A stretch of 64,000 nt of DNA, from the NCBI GenBank assembly GCA_963755915.1, contig CAVWLP010000003.1, positions 864,001 through 928,000 of the forward strand. The letters are read 5' to 3'. This DNA comes from an uncultured Phycisphaerales bacterium. GTDB taxonomy: Bacteria; Planctomycetota; Phycisphaerae; Tepidisphaerales; Tepidisphaeraceae. Under the pieces are notes generated by a model. The model made no database searches, had not been told where the DNA came from, and worked only from the letters and a program-made list of their open reading frames with translations. The translations under genes were made by a program, and so were the position numbers. Positions 43,740-55,522 of this stretch are shown here, one piece after another. Position 1 is the first letter of the stretch, and every line of letters starts with the position of its first letter.

Positions 43740-43774
43740 CCAGCGGTCAAGGGCCACTGCGAGGCAAAAATCCC

Positions 43775-44347
43775 ATGCTGAAAATGCTAAATCTGACCAA
43801 CCGCGACGAATGGCGCGACTGGCTCGCCGGTCATCACGCCTCCGAGACCGAAGTTTGGCTTATCTACTTTAAGAAACACACGGCCAAGCCTTCAATTCCC
43901 TACGATCATGCTGTGCAGGAGGCGCTATGCTTCGGCTGGATCGACAGCATCGTCAAGAAAATTGACGACCAACGGTACGCGCAGAAATTCACGCCCCGGC
44001 GCGACTGCACCAAATGGTCGCCGTCCAACATAAAAAGAATCCGTACGTTGATTCACGAAGGACGAATGACCAAAGCGGGGTTGGCAAAAATCGACGTCAG
44101 GCTCCTCGACGAACGGCCTGCGGCCCAGCAGGCGACAAAAAAGCGCGATCCAACCCTCCCTCGACTCCTGAGACAGGCTTTGATCGCAAACCCCAAGGCC
44201 TGGAAGTACTTTAATACCCTCGCGCCCTCTTATCGCAGCCTGTACGTTCGGTGGATAATGGCGGCAAAGAAAGCGGAAACGCGCGAACGCCGGTTGCAGG
44301 AAGCCGTCTCACTGTTGCAACAGAACAAAAAACTCGGGTTGAAATGA
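43775..44347 (+). CDS. YdeI/OmpD-associated family protein
   Basis: WRDWL, EALCFGWID, FTPRR, WS..N, AKKAETRERR. Confidence 0.9.
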   Translation: MLKMLNLTNRDEWRDWLAGHHASETEVWLIYFKKHTAKPSIPYDHAVQEALCFGWIDSIVKKIDDQRYAQKFTPRRDCTKWSPSNIKRIRTLIHEGRMTKAGLAKIDVRLLDERPAAQQATKKRDPTLPRLLRQALIANPKAWKYFNTLAPSYRSLYVRWIMAAKKAETRERRLQEAVSLLQQNKKLGLK

Positions 44348-44415
44348 GAGGCCGTTGAACTGCTGTTTCGTTACAGAAATGCAATTATGGCTCGATCGGC
44401 GTCCTGGCGCTTCAG

Positions 44416-44838
44416 CTATTTCCCGCCCGGCCCAGGAATCACACCCATCTGCCCCATCATGCCCAGGGTGTCCATGATGATTCGCGTTTCCTTGATCCGC
44501 TTGTCGACCAGCCGGTCGATGACGACACCCCAGACGGTCACCTGGCGGCCCGTCGCCGGGATCCCCAGAAACGGCCCGCTATGGGTGCCGGTCCACACAA
44601 AGCGGGACATCACGCGATCGCCCTCGGTTATCTGCTCTTCGATCTTCCAGTGCATGTCGGGGAATGCGGCTTTCATGCCGCGCAGGACATCCTGCAATCC
44701 CTTGAGACCCGGGCCCTGGCCGGGAAGCGGGACTTCTTCGACGACATCGTCCCAGAAAAACCGGCCGGTTTGGTCGATGTCGCCCTTGTTGAGGACCTGG
44801 TCTATGAATTGGCGAATGATGACGGCGTTGTCGGGCAT
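44416..44838 (-). CDS. SnoaL-like ester cyclase
   Basis: AFPD, EGDRV, GTHSGPFLGIPATGR. Confidence 0.9.
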   Translation of the reverse strand: MPDNAVIIRQFIDQVLNKGDIDQTGRFFWDDVVEEVPLPGQGPGLKGLQDVLRGMKAAFPDMHWKIEEQITEGDRVMSRFVWTGTHSGPFLGIPATGRQVTVWGVVIDRLVDKRIKETRIIMDTLGMMGQMGVIPGPGGK

Positions 44839-45092
44839 TGCGGGCTCCAGGGGTTGGGGAAAGTGGCACCTTAGACGGGAAGGTTCGGTCGATCAACTTT
44901 TTCTTTGCGAGCTTCGCTTATGCGAATGGGGTTCCGCGGCGATGGCACATGGCTGCTCCGGTGACGTTAGGGGCGGCTTTGACGTGTTGGGCGGGAAAGC
45001 GCCGTGCAAGCACGGCGGCTACACGGGGGAAAAGGGGAGATGCGATCGCCCTGCTTTTTCGCGATTGGACCCGATGCCCCAGGCACAAAACT

Positions 45093-46742
45093 TTACTTTG
45101 AATCCCCGCCGCGCATTTTGGCGAGGGCAGTTTGTTCGATCTGGCGGACGCGTTGCTTGGAGAGGCCGAGGCGTGAGCCGACTTGTTCGTAGGTGGCGGG
45201 AGCGGATTCGCTCAGGCCGTAATGGGCGGCAATGATGTCGCGTTCGCGGCGTTCGAGGCGGGACATGAGCTGGATGATTTCGTCGCGGGCGGTGAGATCG
45301 GCGAGCGTTCGTCCGGGAGCTCGCGGATCCGGTGACCGATTCGAGGGCGGCGTCGCTGTGGATCGCCTCGTGGCCGCTGCAATTGCATTTCGGGGACGCT
45401 GCGGGCGAAGCCTTTCATCAGGGCGAAGGTGGCATAGGTGCTGAAGCGGTTGCCCTTGTGGATGTCGAAGGAATCGACGGCGCGGATGAGGGTGAATTGC
45501 CGTCGCTGATCAGTTCCATGAGGGAGAGCCCTGGCCGCAAGTGCTTGCGGGCGACGCTGACGACGAGGCGGAGATTGGCGCGGACGATCTGGTTTTTCGA
45601 CCTCGGCGACGCATTCTCGGATTTCTTCGAGCCGCTTCACATCCGCCGCGCGGGCAAACTGGGGCTCGACTTTTCGGCGGGCAGAGACAAATTGCGAATT
45701 TGTGGAAATTCAGCTCGAGAAAGAGGGCCCGTTCGCGGCCGCGGGTCAGGAGCGGAGTGCGATAGAGATCCTGCAAATACGCTGGAAGATCGCGCGGGAT
45801 GCGCAGATTCCTCCGGCTTGCTCAGCGCCGGCAGTTCTTCCTGCAAGACGATCTCGCGAATCACCTGGGCGGCGTCGGTCTGGTGATAGAGGGGATCGTC
45901 GATGAATTTCTGTTTGCGGCGAAGCAGCGAAGCGAGGCGATGCTCGATGATGGCGCGATATACGCCGCGGGTGCAGCGGTTGGTCGCGAGCGGCAATCTC
46001 GCGGATGGATTCGCCGTCGCGATACATCGCGGCGATCTGGTCGCGCTGCTCATCGGATATCGGCGCAGCGGGATACCTGAAGATCCGCGACTGCGGATTG
46101 GCCTGGTCGTGATCGCGGATAATGTGGTTGATCGTCAGCGGCGAACGCTCGAGGCGGCGGCCGATGCGGCGGGAGATCTCCGCTCATGCAGCATTGGCAA
46201 TGCCCCGCCAAGCGGCGGGCGCGGCGGAAAATTTCGGCTTTTTCGGATTCATCGGCCTGCGAGAAGTTGGCGGCGCGGATGATCTGGTCGCGGTGAAGCG
46301 AGAGGAACTGCTCGACGGAGCCGAGCATGAAGCCGACGCGGCGCTTGCCGTCTTTGAAGATGAACCGGCGAGCGGAGAGGCCGCGGCGGCGCCAGCGCTG
46401 GATGGTTTTGCTGGTGACGTTGAAGCGCTGGGCGACGTCGTCGATGGTCATTACCGGCTGCGGCGAGTTCGCCTCGCGGAGGTTCAGGGTTTCGCTGACC
46501 TGTTCGATGAGTAGGCCGAGGTCGTGCTGGAGGGCGAGGCCGGTTAAGAGGGATTCGTCATTGGCCTTGGGGTGATAACCGGTGATGCGGAAGACGATGA
46601 AGCTGAAGGGATAGGCTTTGCCGGGGTCGAGCTCAAGAAGGAGTTTTTCGGCAGCGCTGAGCTGGGATGCTCGCGCCACGTGCGGCGTGAAATCGAGTTG
46701 CCGGCACAAATCTCCGATCTTATCGATGCGGAACTTCGGCAC
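45093..46742 (-). CDS. Sigma-70 family sigma factor with an N-terminal HTH extension (multiple frameshifts)
   Basis: Region 2 ([28 protein letters not shown]) and region 4 ([20 protein letters not shown]) in different frames; N-terminal [16 protein letters not shown]. Confidence 0.78.
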
Positions 46743-46842
46743 GACAACAATTATCCTTCCATCAAAGATATCGGTCAAGGGTAAACATATTCGAGAGACA
46801 AGCCGTTAAAAGAGCTTAGTTTGTGACAAAAGGGTACGATCA

Positions 46843-47212
46843 TTGGCCGCATGGGGCGACGGACGCGGCTGGTTGGGATGCTGGCAATCGTGGTGGCGCT
46901 GGGGCTAGGGTCGGCGCGGTTCGGGTGGGATGGGGTTGGTGGGATAAAAGCCTCGGAGACGTCTGTTATGCGGCGGCGGTGTTTCTTTTGATCTCGCTGA
47001 TTGTGCCGAATATGCGGGCTGCCTTGGCGGCGGGATTGGCGATTGTGTTTTGCGTGGGAATCGAGTGTTTCAAGCTGACGGGGCTTCCGAGCCTATGGGA
47101 TAGAAACCCTCTGCTGCGGATAATGTTTGGGTCGACATTTTCGTGGGGGAATATCGTCTGTTATTGTGTGGGGGTTGGGGTGATGGTTGGAATTCGCGTG
47201 GGTTTTGACTAA
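46843..47212 (+). CDS. DUF2809-like membrane protein (5' frameshift, start uncertain)
   Basis: GDVCYAAAVF, IECFKL and GSTFSWGNIVCY motifs. Confidence 0.65.
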
Positions 47213-47242
47213 ATCCGTTCGGCCGGGACAATTTGGGGTCCA

Positions 47243-48919
47243 TTGAAACCTGTCGAAAATGCGGTTCAGTTTGAACGGGCGCCAGTGGCGAGTACGGCCC
47301 CCTCCCTAGCCCTCCCCCGGAGTACCGGGGGCGGGGAAACAGGGACTGGCGAGCGGGTGCGTCAGTTTGTAAGTGCGAATCGAAAGTCTCTTCTGGTCTG
47401 CGTGGGGTTGCTAGCGATTCTGATGGGGTGGGTGATCGTCTTTCCGCAGACGGGGGATGGGGATGCGATCATGCATTTTTGAATGCGCGGGATGGGCTAT
47501 GGAAGCCGGCGCTGCTGCTGGGGTCGTGGGCGAGGGTGGGGGACAAGATTCCGCTGCTGATTCCGGCCCAGCTCGGCATCACCGCGGCGCGGTGGACGGC
47601 AGCGCTCATCTCAATCGTTTGCGCCTGGCAGACGATTCGGCTGGCGGAGGATTTGGAGATTCCTCATGCGCATCTGGCGGCGGTGTTTCTGATTTTTCAG
47701 CCCTACGTTTTCACGCTGGCGGCGGACACGATGACGGAAATTCCGCTGGCGCTGGGGATCGTGATCGCGATCCGGCTGTGGATGAAGGATCGGATCTGGG
47801 CGTCGTGTATGGTGATGGGATATTTGCCGACGGTTCGCCCGGAGGGATTTTTCTGTGCGCGCTGTGGGGGGCGATGGTGCTCTCCCGGCGGCGGCTGGGG
47901 CCGGCAATCGTGCTGGGATGGGGGACGATGGCCTGGTTTATCGCCTGCTGGATTTTCTGGGGGAATCCGGACTATTTTTTCCGCGAGGGGTGGTCGTGGC
48001 CGGCCGATTCGCTGCGGATTTATGGGCATGGGACGTTTTTTGCGTATGTGGATCGGTGGGGGCTTTATTGTGGGCCGGTGTTGCTGGGATTGTTTTTGGC
48101 GGGGGTCTACAGAAAATCGCTCCCCTTCGGGTCGCGGCTAAACGGGGTGATGTTGGTGGGGTTGGGGCTTTTGGTTGTGGAGTTGATCGCGCCGGGTCCG
48201 ATTCGCGAAAATATTTTGCCCTGGGTGGGGCTGGCGCTGGCGGCGGTGGTTGCGTGGGAAGTGCGCCGCTGGCGGTTTGCGGTGGGGGTTTGGGTTTTCC
48301 TGCTGATCTTTACGCTGCATAGCGTGCTTTGGTGGCGCGGGTGGTTTGCCTCGTGCGGGCTGATGCGGATTATGGCGTGCGTGGCGCCGATTACGGCCGT
48401 GGTTTGCCTTTATGGGTGGAATCTGGTTGGGCCGCGGATTGGCGCGTGGGGCCGGGGTTTGGTGCTGGGGGCAATTGTGCTGACGGCAATGGGGTATTAC
48501 GTCGTGGAGCCGCGGCATCAGCGGATTTTTCACTTCAGCGGACCTGCGACTTCGCGGCGCGGCACAATCTTCTGGCGTCGGCGCCGATGATTATTTTTGG
48601 GGATCCGATGGCACAGGCCGCGCTGCGGCTGCCGCCGAATCCGCCGAATATTCTGCGTAACGATTGCGACTGGTTCACCGAGTGCAATCATCTCCTGCAC
48701 GCGCCGCTGGGGTCGGCGGGGTTCTGGGATAACCAGCACGCGCAGGAGTGGTTTCGCGTATCGGTCGATGATTTGCCGGCGTTGGGGTATACGATTCTGT
48801 ATCGGACGGAGTCTCGCCCGCGGGTGGCGGTTGAATGGCTGGAGCCATTGAGCTTGCCGCGGGAGCAGGTTTATGTGGTCATTCGGAAGGATCGGGCGGG
48901 GAAATTGCCCGCAAACTAA
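47243..48919 (+). CDS. Polytopic membrane protein, probable GT-C glycosyltransferase (several frameshifts)
   Basis: GDGDAIMH, DTMTEIP and VRPEG motifs; TM helices continue across four ORF fragments. Confidence 0.6.
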
Positions 48920-50445
48920 TTCCTGGATGGCGATGGGACCCAGACCGTGATCTTCACCACCTCGTTGGTGTCCAACGTGCGGAGCTTGAGATCCGCGACG
49001 GATGGGGGCTTGCCGTCGGTGGAGATGACGCTTATGGCGTTGTCCTGGAAATTGTTTTTCCAGTCGTCGGAGAATTTGGACTTGGCGGAATCGGCGAGCT
49101 GTTTAGCCGAGGTTTCGCCGATGCCGACGAGTTCGTACCAGGTGTCGTTCACCCGTACCTGGGGTACGTCGGTGTCCCAACGGATTTCGGCGAACAGGCC
49201 GGTCTGATTGGGATCGGGAACGACCATGAGGGACCAACGATTTTTATTCGTCATTGGGACATTACTCAGGGTCACGAGCTTTTTGTCGGCGTCTAGGGTA
49301 CGGACCTGGAGATCGACAGTCGTGCCGAGCCCGTAGTTCATATTGCTCATGACTTCGACGAGGTCTTCGGCGAAATGTTTGCGCCATCCGTTGGGATCGT
49401 GCGACTGCTGAAAGTTAATGATGTGCGAGACGGGGACGCCTTGGATGGAAACGAGTTCGTACCAGGTGCCGCTGACTTCGGCTTCGGGAACGTCGCCGCG
49501 CCAGCGCAGGCTGGAATAGGGGGCGAGCTTGGGGATCTGGCTATCCGCGGCATAAGGAGACGGCGGTGGAAGCTGCGGAGGCGGCGGTGGCGGGGAATTG
49601 TCAGCGTCGGGCGAGGGAGCCGTCGCCGGAGATTGCGCGTTATCCGGTGATGTTTGACCACCGGCGAGCATCCACGTCGCGCCGCCGATGGTCGCGCCGG
49701 CAAGAACGATGGTGAAGGCGGAGATTCCGACGATTTTCAATTTCGTGGCGGTCATCATGGTCAAAGCTCCTTTCACAAGATGGATGCTTGGAGCGGCCAG
49801 GGCCGAGCCCTGCGGCGCCCCCGCGGCGACGGTGGCGGTGGAAAGCAATCCGCTGGGAGGTGCAAGCCTGACGAAAGCCGCCAGGCCGGCGGACAGCGTT
49901 GCCGCGGAAAGCGTCTGGCCGGATTTGGCGGCGAGGATGCGAAGTTTTTCAACCGCCCGCTCCACGCGCTTGCGGGCGGCGCCGGGGGTGGTCTGGATCT
50001 GGGCCGCCAGCTCTTCGATGGAGAGTTCGCGGTAATAGCGAAGCAGAATGATTTCGCGATCCGACTTTGAAAGCTCGTCGATCAGGCGGTCGAGGAGCGG
50101 GGCAAGCTCCTGCCACTCTTTTGGCTCCGGCGAATCGATGCTGGGCCGGATTTTGGCGGCTTCGGTTTCGCGGGCCCGCCGCCGCTGCTCGCCGCGGGCG
50201 GCGGTTTCGGTGACGTACCAGGCGGTTTTGTGAAGCCAGGCGATGAGCGACCCATCGCCCGCGAAATGCGGGGCCTTACTGTGCAGAAGAATGAAGACCG
50301 CCTGGGCGACGTCGTCGGCCTGGTGGGAATCGCGCAGCCGACGGCGGGCGAGGCCGTAAACCCAGCCTAAGTGGCGGCGCACCAGGTCGGTGAAGGCGGA
50401 GTCGGAGCCGTTGCGGTGCTGGTTGAGCAGCTCTACATCGGTCAT
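48916..50445 (-). CDS. ECF sigma factor with a TM helix and C-terminal extension
   Basis: AFTDLVRRH, ADDVAQAVF, WLHKTA, ILLRYY and RAVEKLR motifs, then a TM helix and a duplicated domain. Confidence 0.88.
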   Translation of the reverse strand: MTDVELLNQHRNGSDSAFTDLVRRHLGWVYGLARRRLRDSHQADDVAQAVFILLHSKAPHFAGDGSLIAWLHKTAWYVTETAARGEQRRRARETEAAKIRPSIDSPEPKEWQELAPLLDRLIDELSKSDREIILLRYYRELSIEELAAQIQTTPGAARKRVERAVEKLRILAAKSGQTLSAATLSAGLAAFVRLAPPSGLLSTATVAAGAPQGSALAAPSIHLVKGALTMMTATKLKIVGISAFTIVLAGATIGGATWMLAGGQTSPDNAQSPATAPSPDADNSPPPPPPQLPPPSPYAADSQIPKLAPYSSLRWRGDVPEAEVSGTWYELVSIQGVPVSHIINFQQSHDPNGWRKHFAEDLVEVMSNMNYGLGTTVDLQVRTLDADKKLVTLSNVPMTNKNRWSLMVVPDPNQTGLFAEIRWDTDVPQVRVNDTWYELVGIGETSAKQLADSAKSKFSDDWKNNFQDNAISVISTDGKPPSVADLKLRTLDTNEVVKITVWVPSPSRN

Positions 50446-50546
50446 TGCCTATATAATCGCCGCGAGGAGAAAAGGTGGACAGACCCCCTCCCCTGCCCTC
50501 CCCCGGAGTACCGGGGGCGGGGTAATACGGGGGGAATTGAAGTCAT

Positions 50547-52420
50547 ATGAATCTCGAACTGCATCAGGCGATCGAAACCTATCGGGCGGGGCGGATTCAG
50601 GAGGCCGCGGCGCTATTCAATCACATTTTGCGCCGCGATCCCAACCAGGGGGATGCGCTTTTGCATATGGGGATGATCGCCTATCAGACCGGCCGGGCGG
50701 ATGTTGCGGTGGATCTGATCCGGCGGGCGATGAAAACCAAGGGCGGCGATCCGATGGTTCACCATAACCTCGGCTGCGCGCTCTGGCGCTGGGACGGCTC
50801 GACGAGGCGGCGGCGGCACTTCGGCAGGCGATTGCCATCAAGCCGGACTACTTTAACGCGTATAATGCACTGGGGGCGATTCTGGCGGATCAGAATAAGT
50901 TCGACGAAGCGGCGCAGGCTTTTTCGAAGGCGATCGAGCTTGAGCCCAACTCGGCCGAGGCGCACAGCAACCTTGGCGTTTTGCTTCGCAGCCATGGGAA
51001 GGTGAACGAGGCGATCCGGGAATTCAGCCGGGCCATCGAGCTGGCGCCGACCATGGGGGATTATCACACCAATCTTGCGACGGCGTTTAGCGATCAAGGC
51101 GAACTGGACGCGGCGCTGAAATCATTCGCCCGGGCCGTGGAGCTGAAGCCCAATGATGCGGCGATCATGAGCAATTATCTCTATTCGCTCCACTTTCATC
51201 CCGGGTTCGACTCGGCCACGATTCTGACGGAGCATAAAAAATGGGACGATCGGTTCGACAAACCGGCGCGGGCGAAGATCGCGCCGCATGAGAACGATCG
51301 TTCGCCGGGGCGCCGGCTGCGGGTGGGATATGTTTCGCCGGATTTTCGGAATCATCCGGTGGGGCGCTTTTTGCTGCCGGTGCTTCAGAATCACGATCAC
51401 GGCCAGTTCGAGATTTTCTGCTATTCGGATGTGGTATTCCCGGATGAATTCACGCAGAAGATTGCCGCTTGCGCGGATGCGAACCGGAGCCTGCGGGGGC
51501 TTGCCCACGGACCGGCGGCGGAGGCGATTCGGCGCGATCGGATCGATATTCTCGTCGATCTCACGCTGCACATGGGGAACAACCGGCTGCCGGCGTTTGC
51601 GATGAAGCCGGCGCCGATCCAGGTGACGTATCTGGGGTATTGCTCAACGACGGGGCTGGCGGCAATGGATTATCGGTTGACCGATCCGTGGCTCGACCCC
51701 CAGGGAGAAGGTGACGCGAATTACTGTGAGCGCTCGGTGCGGTTGCCGCGGACCTATTGGTGTTACGCGCCGGGGATCGAGACGCTGAGTGTGAGCGACG
51801 CGCCGGTGCTGAGGTACGGGAATGTGACGTTTGGGTGTTTGAATAATTTTGCAAAATCGACGCCGGCCGCGCTGGAGACGTGGGCGAAGATTCTTCTGGA
51901 ATTGCCGGATTCGCGATTGCTCGTCCATGCCAAAGTGGGGGATCATCGCCAGCGGGTGCTCCAGTTTATGGGGGAGAGGGGGATCGATCGGCAGCGGATC
52001 GGCTTCGCGGATTTTTTGCCGCTGCGGAGTTATTTTGCGCTCTACGGCGAGATTGATATTACGCTCGATCCGTTTCCCTATTGCGGAGGGACAACGACCT
52101 GCGACAGTTTGTGGATGGGGGTGCCGGTGGTGACCCTGCGCGGGCGGACGGCCGTGGGGCGAGGTGGGGTCTCGATATTGAGCAATCTGGGGATGGGGGA
52201 ATTTATTGCAGAGACGCCGGAGGATTATGTGCAGATCGCGGTGGGGTTGGGGAAGGATCGGGATCGGCTGGTTGAATGGCGAAGGGGGCTGAGGGGGCGG
52301 ATGCTCTCTTCGCCGCTGATGGATGCACCAGGGTTTGCGCGGGATGTGGAGAGGATTTACCGGGAAATTTGGCAGACGTGGTGCGGCGCTGCGCGAGCGA
52401 GTAGAGCAGTAGAAAGTTGA
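50547..52420 (+). CDS. TPR + O-GlcNAc transferase (SPINDLY/GT41-like; frameshift near 50785)
   Basis: TPR repeats; RVGYVSPDFRNHPV, DILVDL, PAPIQVTYLGY, FGCLNN, LDPFPYCGGTT. Confidence 0.9.
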
Positions 52421-52499
52421 GCAGTAGAGAGACGCGGCCCCCACCCTAACCCTCCCCCGGAGTACCAGGGGAGGGGTAAAGCGCGTACAATTTCGGCCG

Positions 52500-53932
52500 A
52501 TGCCAAGGCTTTCGTTTGATATCGACCCGGTAATCGAAGGCAAAGCCCGCTTGAGCGAGGCCCAGGCGCTGGAGATTTATCACAACGCCTCGATGCAGGA
52601 CCTCGGCCAGTGGGCGCTGGCGCGGTCGCAGCGGATGCACCCTGAGGATTACCGAACCTACGTCATCGACCGGAACATCAACTACACCAATATCTGCACC
52701 GCCAAGTGCACCTTCTGCGCCTTTCGCCGCGACCACGAGGACCGAGATGCTTACACCCTCTCCTTCGAACAGATCGGGGCGAAGATTGCCGAGCTGGTGA
52801 GCATCGGCGGGACGCAGATTTTGATGCAGGGGGGAATGAACGACCGGCTGCCGATCGAGCATTACGAAAACCTTCTCCGCTATATCAAGACGAATTTCCC
52901 GACGATCCACATTCACGCGTTTTCGCCGCCGGAGTTTGTGGAGTTTGAGCGATTTTTTCAGATGGATGTGAGGGAGATCATCCGCCGATTTCATAAGGCG
53001 GGGTTGGACACGATCCCAGGCGGCGGCGGAGAAATCTTCGCACCCCGCGTGCGCCGGCGGATCGGAATCGGCAAATGCACCGGCGACGACTGGCTGCGCG
53101 TCATGCGCGTGGCCCACGAAGAAGGGATGAACACGAGCTGCACCATGCTCATCGGGCACATCGAGTTTGTGCGCGAGCGGATCGAACATATGGGGGCGCT
53201 GCGGGATATGCAGGATTATGCGAAGGAAGTTGCGCGTTGCGAGTTGCGAGTTGCGAGTAAAGAGTTTGAGGAGCAGACGGTGCACATTCGATCTCGCTGG
53301 CCAGGGGTATTTGCAAAATCCCCACTCGCAACTGGCAACTCGCAACTCGCAACTTCCCCCGGCAATTACACCGCCTTCATCCACTGGCCGTTCCAGCGCG
53401 AAAATACGCCGCTGGGACGTGCCGGCGAATGGGACCCCGAAGTCCACGGCCCCTTCGATGAATCGACCAACGATGACGTGCTTCGCGGGCGGGTCGTGCG
53501 AATGGCGGGGCGCAGGAATATCTGCGGATGCTGGGAATCGCCCGGCTCTTCTTCGACAACATCGCGTCGCTGCAGAGCAGTTGGGTGACGATGGGGCCGA
53601 AAATCGGGCAGTTGGCCCTGTTTTTCGGGGCGAATGATATGGGCAGCGTGATGATGGAAGAAAACGTCGTCAGCGCGGCGGGGACGACGTATCGGCTCAG
53701 CGAGCGGGAGATTTGCCGGCTGATTCGGGATTCGGGATGGGTGCCGGCGCAGCGGGATCAGTATTACAACGTGCTGAAACGGCATGAGGGGAAGGATTCG
53801 CCGGACCTCATGCCCAGCGAGCATCCGCCGGTGAGAGAGGTGGCGCGGATTGATAAGGAGTTTATTGGGGCGGCGCCGGGGATTGAGAGCGCTGATCGGA
53901 GCACGAAGGTACAGTTGCCGATATTGGGGTGA
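52500..53932 (+). CDS. mqnC: Cyclic dehypoxanthinyl futalosine synthase (radical SAM; frameshift near 53515)
   Basis: IDRNINYTNICTAKCTFCAF, PGGGGEI, QSSWVTMG, FGANDMGSVMMEENVV. Confidence 0.88.
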
Positions 53933-53975
53933 AGGGCAAATCCGAAACCCGAATTCCGTCTTCGACCCTGAGGCT

Positions 53976-55332
53976 TGTTTTGTTCCAGGACATAGATAAC
54001 ACCTCTCTCAGGACATAGGTAACACTTTTTGTGTGCTGTGCCGAGCCGGAGGGAGCGCAGCGACCGGAGGCTCGGCACAGCACACAACTCGCCGACGGCC
54101 TCGGCTGATTTCCTTCAGATTGACGCCCGCCACTGTTTGTCTGGCATAGACCACGGCCATTATTCCATCCGCCGCGGTCAACCGAATCGCTACCGTCTCG
54201 CCCGCAAAGGCAATGCCCAAACGCCACTCGATGCTCCGGAAGGCGAACAGCCCATTGCGATCCACCTTTCTCACCTGGTCACCGGCAAGGTACTCCACCT
54301 TGAGATCAGGCTCGTAAGCCCGAGGACTTTTGCCGTAGCGGCTGGCCGGAACCGCCAGACCCAACGCCTCGTGGGGACGCACGCAATTGTACTGCTCACG
54401 CCAGGGGTCGAAATGCTTCTGGGCATCAGCCATATTGGCCAGCGGCTGACGCATCAGCAGCTCCTCTTTAAGCGTTCGATGCAGACGCTCGTCCTTGCCT
54501 TGTGTTTGCGGGTGACGCGGACGGCCGTGACATACTCCCACGTTCTGACGCAACAGCCACAGACCCAAACGCGTGTACCCTTGCCGTTCCTGCCCATGCC
54601 AGGTGCCCCACGGAGGACCGTTGTCGCACAAAATCCTCAGCGGCAGGCCATTTTGCTGGAATAGTCGCACCAATGCGGGCTTCACATCCTGCTCGGTCTC
54701 ACCCGTGCATGCCTGCAGGCAAAGACAATAACGTGAGTGATCATCCAGCACCGTCAGGGCATGGCAACGCCGCCCGTTGCCCAAGGCGAAATGTCCCTTG
54801 AAGTCCATCTGCCAAAGGTCATTGGGCTGATCGTGCTCAAAGCGTTGAAACGCCCGGTGCTGTGATGATCGAGCCGGATCGATCAGTCCACCGCGAAATA
54901 AAATACGCCCGATCGTGCTCACCGCAGGCAACGTCGCCGGATCCCGACCCTGATTCTCCAGCAGCTTCCTCAGCTTGCGGCCTCCCCACACCGGATGCTT
55001 CATGCGAAGCCTCACAACCGCCTGCCTCATCCGGCCGTCCACCTGTGCGGGACTGGCGTGCGGGCGACGCGAACGATCCAACAATCCCGCCTGACCCTCG
55101 GCACGATAACGCCGGAGCCATTTGTAACCACAGCGCCGGCTGATTCCGAACCGTCGGCAAAGCGCTGCCAGGTTAGCATCCGCCCGCATAGCCAGTTGCA
55201 CAAACTCACCGCGAACTTCGTTCGTCACACATTCCTTCCAGGGCATCGGCCTCCTTTTTGGCCGTGATACCCAAAATGAAATGTGTTACCTATGTCCTGA
55301 GAGACCTGTTACCCATGTCTCCGGTCTATACA
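53976..55332 (-). mobile_element. IS481-family insertion sequence
   Basis: TGT...ACA ends; imperfect IRs with two gacat(a/g)g(a/g)taaca motifs at each end. Confidence 0.9.
54008..55246 (-). CDS. IS481-family DDE transposase
   Basis: MPWKE, WQMDFKG, DDHSR, DNG, PQTQGKDER, RPHEAL. Confidence 0.95.
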   Translation of the reverse strand: MPWKECVTNEVRGEFVQLAMRADANLAALCRRFGISRRCGYKWLRRYRAEGQAGLLDRSRRPHASPAQVDGRMRQAVVRLRMKHPVWGGRKLRKLLENQGRDPATLPAVSTIGRILFRGGLIDPARSSQHRAFQRFEHDQPNDLWQMDFKGHFALGNGRRCHALTVLDDHSRYCLCLQACTGETEQDVKPALVRLFQQNGLPLRILCDNGPPWGTWHGQERQGYTRLGLWLLRQNVGVCHGRPRHPQTQGKDERLHRTLKEELLMRQPLANMADAQKHFDPWREQYNCVRPHEALGLAVPASRYGKSPRAYEPDLKVEYLAGDQVRKVDRNGLFAFRSIEWRLGIAFAGETVAIRLTAADGIMAVVYARQTVAGVNLKEISRGRRRVVCCAEPPVAALPPARHSTQKVLPMS

Positions 55333-55522
55333 AGCCTCAGACCCGAAGGGAATCAAATCCGAATGACGAAATCCGAATGAGCGGGCGAGGCGCACAATGG
55401 CAATTCGTCATTGGGTCATTCGGGCTTGATTCGTCATTCTGGTTTCGGGCTTCGGATTTCGGCCTCGCGCAGAGCGGCTCACCTCCTCCCCCACCGACAG
55501 CTCTTCCGAGTCTCCCTCGCTA

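Noticed and set aside
54030-54086. Strong hairpin as an independent ncRNA
   Set aside because: It lies inside the IS481 end and transposase tail, so it is better explained as part of the element.
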